From Lytechinus pictus (lineage: Eukaryota), in assembly GCF_037042905.1 (NCBI RefSeq), contig NC_087245.1, positions 10,852,001 through 10,916,000 on the forward strand: a stretch of 64,000 bases of DNA. The letters run 5' to 3'. Under the pieces are notes generated by a model. The model saw nothing but the letters and a program-made list of their open reading frames with translations. It was not told the DNA's origin and searched no databases. Made by a program: the position numbers and the translations under genes. Positions 15,401 to 27,900 of the stretch are shown piece by piece. The first letter of the stretch is position 1. Each line of letters begins with the position of its first letter.

Positions 15401-18400
15401 TACACGGACAATACCAACAATAAGAAAATACACAATTTCATTAACGGCATGATTGAGAAAGAATAAGATTACAGGCTCTTTATGAATTGTCAATGTTGCG
15501 GCGAGATTTCATTTCCTAAATTGAATGATCGTGGGAGGATCCCGCTTCGCATGTAAAAGACCAGTTGGAGCGAGTGATTTCAGACGTGAAAGAGATGTTC
15601 AGTGACTCGATTTCCTTCTTCATCAGTGTTCTATAAAAAATAAAACCTTGACTGGTCTTGAAATTGTTCAACGCCCCGCTCCCTGATATTTTAACCTTAC
15701 GATGGTTACATTAAATTAGATACTTGTTTTATCCGGGAAATATAAGAATATTACAAAATAGAGCCGGGCTGTAATTACTGTAATAGTTAAGGATCTCTCA
15801 TTGCATCAACAACCCATCTCCATTATGTTCATGGTTAAATTAATTGCCTGATCTCGCGAGTAATAATTGCGAGATATCTTTCATACACACAGAACCATCG
15901 AGAGTATTGGACGCTATTCGTGCATAACCTAATTTGTTTTTAGAATATCTCCATTCTTCTAAGATCGTGGATCCTGATAATAAGGGTGACAACAATAAAG
16001 ATGACATCTCCATTGAATCTTATCAAAATTTGCTATCTCGAGCGGATATGAAACGTTGCCGATACTAAGGTCGTAAATTATTTCTTTCCCGAATATTGAT
16101 CATATCTATTTTTTTTTCTTTTGTTTTGAAATGAGATTACGCTTTTTAAGGGGATGCTTGTTTAAAAATTCATAGACAGAAGTAATCAATGAGCCGTGCA
16201 CTACAGTACAAGAAATGGAAATCGTTCAGAATTTATCATCTTTATCACTATCATGATTATCATTAACCGTTCATGGTTATGACAACGGCGATTGAAAAAT
16301 ATGTAAGTGTAATACATGATTATACCACTGGGCTCAATATTTCCATTACCATCATTAGAATACAAAGACTGCAATTTGTAGGAATTACTCCTCGTAATTT
16401 GATCATAATTATATATGTGGGAGAAAATCCATTTTGACATCGTGTATAGGCTAAGTTGATACACAACCTTAAAAATAATACAGTACCACTTATGATGAGG
16501 AGATGGATATCATCTTCATTCGTTCTAAATGATATCTCGCATACTGCAATGAAATTATGAATGAGTAAAACACCCGCGTAGCTTTAAAATATTGGGGTTT
16601 GAAGGGGTGTGCCTGCGTCTGGCAGTATTTGAACGCGCGAAGCGCTCTCTAATGTAATAAAGGGAAACAGTGAAGCTAGAGAGAGGGTGTCCCCAATTCC
16701 TCACGAATCTCCATTGAATTTATTAAAAGATTTTTTAAAGACTGTAAGCTCGCTAAAATGGAGAGAAGATTGTGACTTGAAGGTCATAGTCTTTCTCATC
16801 CACAAAAGAAGCGCATGCAGAAGCTTTGGAGTTTATCAAGTTTACAGAGGAGGGAGAATGGACCATAGTATACAGTTCTGAGTTCTGGTTGATTCCGAAA
16901 CTTGACTGTGTTGCCATCGAGGCTCAAAAACGTGAAAGCCTTAATTTTAATCAGGAAAAGACTAACTGTCGTACTATCATTTCTAACCTTAATTTTGACA
17001 CATGATCTACGCCCACTTTGACTATCTCCCATTTAGCCTCACTCCATATGGTATAAATTCTAGTACGTCTACAACCAGTTCGTCTAAATGTCATTGTCAT
17101 AATAGTCCAGTTACCATCTTTTATAATTTCCAATTAGGCATACTCATTTCGTCAAATATCCCATGGTCTAATACCATGTGTAGTCCATTCGGCAAATTGC
17201 CATTACGTCCAATGCCATTTTCGTCCAATGACCATGTCGTCTAATCCCACTCGGGATTTGGTCCAATAGCAATTTATTGCATCATACAATATTAATTGCA
17301 CTCTTATGCACTGTGGCTGAGTGTTTGTTGTGTGCGTGCATGCGGGGGTGGGGGGGGGGGGGGGGCCACCGCCGACCAGGCAGGGAAACGAGAAAACATA
17401 AACTTAATGTATATTTGAAATCCCCAATGTTTTTTTTCAAAGCAATCCAGTAAAATGTAATCAGATATTGTAACTTTACTATTTGCTCTTTATCAATTAC
17501 TTTTCTTTCACTTTCGGAAAGGGGGAGTATTCGATGTTTTTTTTAAATTGAAATAAGAACTAGTCAAATTGGGCAAAGTAATTATCATTCAATACTTAAT
17601 ATTTCGGAGAGCTGCATTTTTTGGTTAAGGCACCGTTTCGCGCATGGAACCAGTCAAATATCTAATTCAAATGCAGATATTAGGAAAAGAATATATAAAT
17701 TAAAATCCATAACGCATCAAAAGATGTAGAGTATGTTTCGAAAGAATTTGCTTGCTGCTTATTACATCGGTTCTTCCCGAATGGTAATGTAGTAAATTGA
17801 TGCCGCCAAACCTATTGACTTGGTGGCTACCCACAAATTACGATTCAAGAATCGCATTTAGGAACTTTCCCCCGCTGCATTTATCCCCCTTAATCCTAAT
17901 ATGTAATTTAAGAAGCAGGCCCTTGTGATTTGACTGAAATTCAATGGTCTCTCATGATTATATTTTTTTGGTGGTTTTTCAGCTGGGATTGCGAGAGGAA
18001 GCTTTTCTATGAATGGATATCGACCTCCAAAGAAGGTTCTAGTAAACGCCACAAGAAATTAGGAAACTGAAAAGGGCGTTTTGCTATTTCCCCAGAATGT
18101 CACCAATTATTTTAGGGATCCCTTGAGATTTACAAGCTATGAAATAATCATCGAATAACCGACAATACCAACATGAAATTATGAATTAATAAGAATATAA
18201 GAAAGCGTGGGCTTTGTTAAAAGCGATATGATAAATATTGTTTATTTTTAACATTTGCTTTTATCATTATGTGATATTTTAGTAATTCAACTTGTCTTTT
18301 GCAGACCAGCTGAGCAAAATTCTTGATTAAAAATACTCTCAGGGAATTGATAGTGGGCTAGTGCAATAGTCTATTTTGTTTATTTATATCATTCTGGGAT

Positions 18401-21400
18401 ATAATAATGATATTAATAATACCAATATTAATTATAATAACAATAATAGTAATAATAATTATAATAATAATAATAGTAATAATAACAATAAAAATAATAA
18501 AAGTAATAATAACAATAATAATAATAATACATACATACATTCATAGGATTTATATAGCGTCTTTCCATTTTGATTTAATGCTCAAGGCTCTTAGAAAAGA
18601 GAGAAAAAAACCCTAAAACCTAAAACGATGGGCAATGCTTTGTAAAAGTTACATCAGTAAAATAGATTCAGATATCAATCGAAGTACACGTCAATTCGAA
18701 ATTTAATACATACCCCAAAATTCATCTGTTCAAAATTGCCTGAAGTGATTATGCATGTATGTTACCAATATCACATACTTATAGAACACTGTTAGTTAAT
18801 TAAAAGGCGAGTTCACCCTAACATCAAAATGATTGTAATAAAACCCAAAATTTTGTTTAAAATATAAGTAAATTATTGGCGAAAATGCATCAATGAATGA
18901 CTTGGTTATGGATCTCTATTTTGTTAATATTATGACGTCACATATTACCATCAGTACAAGCTCATTTATCGTATGCTATAAATTTTATTCATATGGACCT
19001 TGTAATAGGCCTACACGATATTTACAAATAGCCAGTGTCAGGAATCTTTTCCTTCACATTTTCCTTTAACAGTTAGATAACTTTGAAATAGATAATGCGT
19101 ATTGTTTTAATGACTGTAATCTTAAGATATCGAAAGCGATCGATAAAAGTCATTGACGTGACTCTCGAGAATTGCATCTATTACCAAAATATCACGATGG
19201 AACGAAATTGCCCTGAAAAGAACGAAATAATTCATAATCCGTTAAGAGAGAAATCCCCAATGTCTCATTAGATAGAGTTCCGGGTTTGATATCAAATTAT
19301 AAACAATCTAAAAATGCAAAGGAAAGAGTAAAACAATCAATCAAAAAGCAAAACAAAAATGAATAAAATCACCGCACCTGAATATGATAGGGAACAATAG
19401 GCATGTATTGGTACAATGGTACTCTCGGCAAACTTTCTATTAATTTGTTTTCCCAAAATAATTCAATTGAAAATGTATTTTTAAAAAAATACTACAATTG
19501 AATAAATTCATGAAGCAATATTGGCATAAAATGCTTAATTGCATGTTTTCATTGGATATTGACTTTCTACGAGGCTAAATTGACAGAGAGAGAGAGAGTT
19601 ACTAATCTATTGAAATTTTACTTTAAAAATGAAAGTATTATCAAGAAGACACGAGTATATTTACATACAAAACTAAAATGAAATCACTGGTGGCACACGA
19701 ATATCATGCGTAGAAAAATTGTCAATGGAGAGCTACTGCCCGGATCTATTTCATTCCCAATATAAGAAGAAAAGATGATATAATGACTGTCAAATCCTAA
19801 AAAATAGAACAAAAAGATTCAAATGAAAAGAAATCGGGTTAGACATGAAAGCGAGGGAAATGAATAGGATTATTTCAAGATGTAAAAAGGATTCTTTAGA
19901 ATGAGATCTTCCAGGAAACCTTTCTTATTTTAGCCGCTCCCTGATAGCCTCTAGATGATATTCATTGTTTCAAAGATTTTAAGCCAATTCTAAGAAGAAG
20001 ATTTAGATATCAGTCGCATCAACAATCCCGACAAAAGAACTCATCGAGGAAAACAATCTAATCATATCTGAATTGAAAGAAGACCCCGCCTGAGCCAGAT
20101 TTTTTTACAAGAATATAAGCGTTTATAAATATTTTAGTCCATTAGTGTATCATATCTATGGTCATTGACAACAAAATTCAGATTTTCTTTACTAAAAGAG
20201 GATTATGAACGAATGGATAATTGGGTCAAGATTAGTTTTAGAGAACCAAAGGACCAGGGCCCGTATTCCATAAACGAGATAAGCATGCTTAAGTCAAAAA
20301 TCTAAGCATTTTGTCTTATTTTCTGTCTAAGACAAAATTCTAAGCCAAAACGCATATTCCATAAAGAATTGGCTAAGAATTTTGTCTTAGAATTTGGCTA
20401 AGAGGTTTTGCGCGACTAAGACAGATATTGGATGAATGGCTAAGTAACTTTTCTTAAAACTGCAGAGTCTGTATTTCATAAATACAACATGGCTAAGAAT
20501 TTAGCCCTAACTTTAAGACAGTTGTGAGTTGTCTTAATTGTTTTAAGACAACATGGTTTAAATCCAACAAATCATGGCCAAATTTTTTTTTTAATTTATA
20601 CCTATATTGCATTTCGAGCTACTTCCTCAGTTTTTAACCGATTTTCATGAAATTTGGAACACACATTGGTCTTAAGGTAAGGAGGTGTAAGAATTTTTTT
20701 TTTGCTTTTTCAGAAATTGTGTTGCCATGGTAACAGTATATTATGGCCAAAATTTAAAATTTAAATTACTTCATCAGTTTTCTACCAATTCTCATGAAAG
20801 TTGGCTCACACATTGGATTTGAGGAAAAGATGTGCAAGACACAATTTTGCATGTGTCGGAAATTGTGTTGCCATGGTAACAGTATATTATGGCAAAAATT
20901 ATGTATAAATCTTGCTATTCCAACTACTTCCTCAGTTTTTAACCAATTCTCATGAAATGTGGCACAAACATTAGTCTTGATGTGAAGATGTGCAAAACAT
21001 ATTTTATGCCTATATAAAAAAATTGCGTTGCCATGGTAACAGCATATTAAATAACGAAAATTAGGTGAAAAATTTGTGGTTTTAACAAGTTCATAATATT
21101 TCAACCACTTCTCATGATGTTTGCCACAGACATAAGCATTGAGGTAAAGATGTGCAAGACACATTTTCGCATGTGTCGGAAATTGTGTTGCCATGGTAAC
21201 GGTATATTAGGGCAAAAATTATGTAAAAATCTTGCAGTTCCAACGACTTCTTCAGTTTTTAATCAATTCTCATGAAATGTGGCACAAACGTTAGTCTTGA
21301 TGTGAAGATGTGCAAAGTATATTTTATGCCTTTACAAAAAATTGCGTTGCCATGGCAACAAATAGAATAACAAAAACTAGATGAAAATCTTGTAATTTGA

Positions 21401-21925
21401 ATATTACTTTATCAGTTTTCAACTGGTCAATTCTCCTAAAATGTTGGCGCACACAATAGTCTTGAGTTGAAGATGTCTAAGATACTTTTGCCTGTATCAG
21501 AATTCGTGTTGCTATGGTAACAACATATTATATTTATAAAGAAATTAGGTGAAAATCTTGTGGTTTGAATCCCTTTATTAGTTTTACCAATTCTTATAAA
21601 AGTTGGCTCACACATTGATTTTGAGGTGTAGATCTGCAAGACATATTTTTGAAAATTTGTTGCCATGGTAACAGCATATCAGATCAATAAATGTGTAAAC
21701 AGCATGATGTGTATTGAACTACTTCTTCATTTTATGACATTGGCCTATATGTCCATGAAATGTAGGTTTTGAGCTAAAATAATCTGCAAGACACATTTTC
21801 TCATTCATCAAAATATGTGTTTGTATGATAACTACATGTATACGCCAAAAAAGATTAAGACAATGGTCAATGCTAACTTTTGTTTGGCTACATAGAGAAG
21901 TACATGTAGCTGAGGGCTTAGTTCT

Positions 21926-21960
<35 letters not shown>

Positions 21961-24900
21961 GGGGGGGGGGGCTAGACCTCAAGATTTAGAACTACAGCCC
22001 CTAGTTTAGATCTAAGCCTAGATCAAGATCCTTTAGTCCTAGAAATAATCCAATGCTAGATCCCTAGCCTACTTCCTTTCTCAGGCCTAACGTTAGATGA
22101 GTAAGAGTAGAACTAGACTAGATCTAGCCTACATTTACTATTTTTAGATCTAGAATCTACATTGAGATAGAGTCTACAAGTCTCTAGATCTAGACCTATA
22201 GTATTACTATGACCCTATGTACACCTAGATTGGTATAGTTCTACTTCTAGATCTAGATAGGGTCTAACTTTTAGTCTAAGTGAGTAAGTCATTTAGTCTA
22301 GATCTAGGCCTAGGTTAGAGATTTCTAGATCAAACAGTAGACTAGATCAGCCAGTCCTAACGTTAGGGCCAACGGATAGGCTAGAAATAGAATCTAGAAT
22401 GAATAGAAGAAAGCACAGGCTTGGCCGCCTAGGCCCTAGATCTAAATTCTTATATACATCTAGGCCCTAGTCTAGACTGAGCTGTTGCCAGTGTTGGTCT
22501 AGGTTTAGGCCTGTTTTCTAGTCCTGGAAACCAAGATCTAAACAAGTCCTCAAAATGTATAAAATAAAAACTCCAAACAGATGGACCTAAAGCAGGAGTA
22601 GATCTAGATAGATGTCTAGACTACTACTAGGACTAGATCTAACTTTAGTTTAGGCATAGTTGGCAAGCAATGCATAGCGATAGATCTAACGTTAGCACTG
22701 TTGACAGGAATAACCGTCGTTTCTGGGGATTTATTTAAAAGTTTCTGACATTTACTGTCATATCACATTGGTGAAACTATAGGCTAACGTAACGTTAGAC
22801 TGTTTAGTGTCGTACTCGTAATAGCGGAACAACCAAAATACAGTCGGAGACTGAAGCTTTTGGTCTAAGTCAGATCTATTCTAGACCTACATGTAGATCT
22901 AGATAGATCTATCCCTGTCTTAAGGCTAAGCCAGGCTAAGTCCTGCATGTTCTAGGCCTAGACCAATGCTAATATAGGCCTAGGTCTATCGTTAGATCTA
23001 GGCCTATGTAGCTTCAGTCTCAGTTGCTCCACTACGGCACTAGACTAACAAAGTTACGTTTTGCTTCAGCCTTCAGGAAAGTAAAAAGTAAAGACAATTA
23101 ATGTTCAATTCTCCTCCAAACAGACGGATATTAGTTGTAGATCTTGGGCCTAGGCTAGATCTAGGCCTAATGTTAGACCCAAGACTAGGCTCAAAAGTTA
23201 CAAATGTTTTCCCTTAGACCCTAGGTCTACTTCAACTGAAGTAGAATAAAGATGTCGAGAGGAATCTATTCCATTTAGATTTTGACAAACAATACATGAA
23301 AAGTAATGAATGGGACTGATACATAAAAAACTGTGCGAGTCACTCGGTTTGGGATTGAAATGTTTTGGTAATTAACAAAATATAGATAATCTGAATAAAA
23401 AATTCTTACCATATATGGGTGATGAATGCTCTTCTTTTACTACAATAGTTGTAATTAGTTTCAATAAAATCAAAATTGTTAAGAAAAAACAACTTCAATG
23501 ACATTTTTGCTATTTTGTTGCAGTCACCCCTGCAGCAGTTTAGAAGGTCATAGAATTTGACTTTGAGACTTTGGCTTAGCCATATCGTCTGACTTGAGAC
23601 AAATGTCTTAAAGTTTATAGAATATCGTTAGGGAAGATTTCTTAGACAAGCAAAATGCTAAGACAAATTGCTAAGACTTAAGCAAAAAGCTTATCTCGTT
23701 TATGGAATACGGGCCCAGGTTATCTGTCTATATATCATTTTCTGTGGCTAATTAAGAAAATATGTGGCAATATAAAAATCTTAAATGTATCCCTAATTGT
23801 AGTATCTCAGCTACGGTTTTATACTTGACAAATATAATCACAACTAGATTTTAATTCGTCATGTGGACGAATTAGGTGGTCTGTCCTTATTCTCGCCATC
23901 ATGATCACTATCACCATGTTCATGCAGATTAATATGATCATCATGATGACAACTGAATGTTCATTATGGATAAAATACTTGTGAAAGACGGGAGATGATA
24001 AAGCACTGTGAAAAAGGTCTCTTTTATACATTATATGACAATACATGTGATATGAAAAAAAGTAATTATAATCTGTTTTATTTTGCTAAATTTTAACTTT
24101 TATACCTTTTAATTGTCATAAAGGATCATGTACGAGGTGGTAAAAAGAAAAAAGAAAAAAAAATCATTTTGTTCACCCCAGGACTCGAACCTGGGACCCC
24201 AAGGACGCTAGTCAAGTGCGTTATCCATTCAGCCACGATATTCCCCATAGAGATTACACGTAAGCAAATTTGAGAATTACAAATCCAATTTTGCAAGCGA
24301 AAAACGGAGGAAACTATAACGAAAGCTTAGAATCTCAGCAACAACATACTAAAAGCTCAGAGATAACTGACGAGAAAAAATGGAGATATGGCTCACGAAG
24401 TAGAGGAATGTTGAATCTAGTTTTGAGAAAAAGTCATGTCCCATAGAGATTACACGCAAAATGAGTAAAAATGACATGCCTTTATTATTTGCAATTTTTT
24501 AGGATGATCCGTTCATTAAAATGAAAAATAAAGGAATGACTCAGAAAGAGTAAGACCTAAGCTACATCATATCCAACGTTGGGCGAGAATTAACCAATAT
24601 TCACGAAGTTAGAGCCACTAATTTACATAATTATTATGACGTCATAACACGCAAAATGGATATTTTGACTTCCGACGCCATTTTGATGACGTCATAATAT
24701 ACGTTGGGGTCCAATGAGACATGAAATCATTTGTATGATTCATACTCTATCGAAATATGAAAAGAAAATTGGGGGTCCCCGTTCGTTCTGAAGAGCTACA
24801 GTGAATTTTTAATCGGCATGTTTTTGCCCACATAGAGCGTATGGAAAGAGCTCGCGCGCACGCGTGCTGCAAACTTTAATGGGTGCTCATTCCCTCATTA

Positions 24901-27900
24901 ATGATCGTAGAGAGCTGATCGAGGTATCAATTTGATCAAAATTATATCAATAGTAGATACGCATAGAAAAAAAGAGCAAATTTATGCTGCGTAACGCCGT
25001 TACGCACGAAAACGCGCGCACATACTTGCGCGCGCGCAAAATGTTGAAATGCCTAAAATGACCTGAAACGTACCCAAAAAAATTTATAGGCCATTTTGAG
25101 AATTTTTTAGCTTTGACGCGGGCGTACGCGCGCGTCATGACCTTTGATGACATTGACAGACGACCTTTGACCTAAAGTTTATTTGATGTAAATATGATTG
25201 ATTATTGATGATCCGTTATGTTGATATGATCAAATCAAATATTCAGTACAAGCATTGCCTTCTGAGTATATTCTATTTCTCGCCACAGAAACGTTGTGTA
25301 ATATATTCCAGTAAGTTCATTTTAATATTCATAACTTTTCATCTGTTTATTCTCAATTACGTCAGTTTAGTAAAATAGGTAAGCAGTATCTCATTAAGTT
25401 TGCGTTAATATGTTTTAGATTCTCTTATGCAACCAATGCCTGATTTTTTTTTACATAAAAATTAATAAATCAAACATGTCAAAATAAATTCAAAAACTAC
25501 ATTTCACACTGAGACGTTAACCACCGCTGTCCCTGGCTAACTAAAGCCAGAGCAATGACACAGATCAAACTAAAGTCTATTAGATTTTTACCAGAGTTGC
25601 GAGGGTATTTAACTCTATGATTGTTACTTAAGTCCAATGTGTAACTCTTAATACAACTTTGACTTGATTTGCTACTGAGCAACATGTTTTTCAAAGTAGT
25701 TACTATTTGATGGTAAAATAGTAAATGAAATATTCCATTATGCTCAATGATCCAAGGAAATTCATTTCATGAATTTCTTTTGGTGCAGCCATACTTCAAG
25801 GCATAATGCTTATAATTTGAAATAATGTTCGTTGAATATGAATAATTACAGATTTACAGAATTGGATTGCTCCAGACCTGTACTGTCGAACTGTTCCAGT
25901 CACAATCAAATTGTAGCTGAGTCTTATCACATTCGCTTTATTTGTAAAAATCCTGTACATATTTACTTACAAATGCAGAAGAATATGATTTAAAACAAAT
26001 CAAACTTACCAGACGGTTCCCGCCCTGAGCGAATTAGAAACGTAGAGGGCCTTGTCAATATCTTTTGTGAAGACAGCTGCAGCAAGACCGTACTCTGTGT
26101 TGTTTGCCCTGTTGATCACTTCATTCATCTCACTGAACTTAAAGATGCTCTGCACTGGTCCAAAGATCTGAATGAAAGAGTCAACGAGAGACAAACTTAT
26201 AAGGAATTCTGAGTCATTGAAGGTGATATGATATTATATGCGTGGTAAAGGGATTCATTTACAAATTTTATTTGCTGTTTTAATGCAGGTAAAATAAGGA
26301 AGAGCCAACATTACAAAAAAGCAAATAAATACACGTAAACTATTATTTTGAATAAATATCAATGCGAAATTTGTTAATGTTCATGTAAAAGAAAATGTCA
26401 ATGTGGCAATCACTGTGGAATATGACCCGACGACGGCTATATCTGTCAAAATTTTTGATTTGGAAATCAAAATGGTTTAGATGTTGCTAGCAAGCGCAGG
26501 GAATAAGTATGACATAAGCATGATAATCCTACTAACATTTTCGAAGTCACTATTTCTTTTGAACATGACTTTGTTTTTGTCAAACCACTGAACTATTGTA
26601 ATATATATATGTCTATAAGAGCTATATACATGGCTGTCCAAAATTGGGGGGGGGGGAGGCAGAAACAGTTTGGTGAGAGATAGAGGGTAGAGGGCATCAG
26701 CCATCCAAAAATTAAATTAAATTAAATGAACATTGTGGTCATGTAGGTTTGAAATATTTTTATCATTAAGCATCCATTTACAAATAAGATCAGTATGAAT
26801 CTAACCCTAAAGGGAAATACGATACCTCTTCTTTAGCGATTCGCATGTTATCCTTTACGTCTGTAAACACTGTTGGTTCAATGTAGTAACCCCTTTCACC
26901 ATGCCGACTACCTCCTGTTGCTAATTTTGCTCCATCTGATTTCCCGCTTTCAATCAAACCCAAGATCTTCTTGAACTGCTCGTCATTGATCTGAAAAATA
27001 TAAAATATGTTTACAATCATTTTTTTGGGTGCTTTTTAAGCGAGTGATTTTGGCCATACTTAGCATAATTAATAAACAGAAAGCAAAGGGAAAAAAGCGT
27101 TGCAAAATGCACATCAACATTTTTTTGTGAAATTAATATGCTGCCAAGTATCGTCAACACCTGAACACTGTTTCTTAAAAGGAGGGTCATAGCTGAAAAG
27201 TTGCCATTCACCAACAATTCCAATGAATTTTTGTGGTTTATTTTGCTGTCAAATGCAGTGCAGTGTGCTTGTTGTGGAGGCGGTGCGTCCCCTCCCTACT
27301 TATATCGCATTTTGTAACATTTAAATTTTCGTTGAATTTCCTTTGATATCTTTAGGCGTTTAAAATTCTACAAACTTGTCAAAATTAGTGCACATTATCT
27401 GGAAATCAGTCATCTTAAAAATGTAATCCTTTCCTTTATTGCTATATATCAGTAATTTCACTTACACGTAATATAGGTCTTTACCTCGCAAGCGAATGAA
27501 ATTTATCTAATATGTTGAGATAGACGCGAATTCTTAATAAATCACTGACAAAATGCTTTTCTGGACAGTCTCCATGTAAGAAAAGAACAGAACCTAGAAT
27601 CATCTTATCCTAGTATTCATACCTGTGGTCCCTGGTTCTTGCTCATATCGAAAGGATCACCGACGGCTTTAGCCTTAGCACGTTCCACGCTGCGTTCTAC
27701 GAACTCATCATAGACCCGGTCCTCAACGAAGGTCCTAGATCCAGCACAGCAGGCCTGGCCCATGTTCCAGAAGATGGCTGAATGACTCTGCTCTACCGCG
27801 TGCTCAACTGGGTGATGGAATCAGGTATGACAAAATATATCGGCAATTGTATATTCACGATTCAACCAGATGATAAGGTGAGCTATCATCAACTTAAGAT

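Noticed and set aside
20766..21666. Cys/His-rich ORFs (142 aa and 76 aa) as possible zinc-finger or transposase
   Set aside because: They derive from the 160-bp tandem array and show no DDE or C2H2 spacing.
12951..26009. Nested gene or alternative ALDH exon in the 13-kb intron
   Set aside because: I found no ORF or exon with recognisable homology by eye. Small exons cannot be excluded without RNA-seq.
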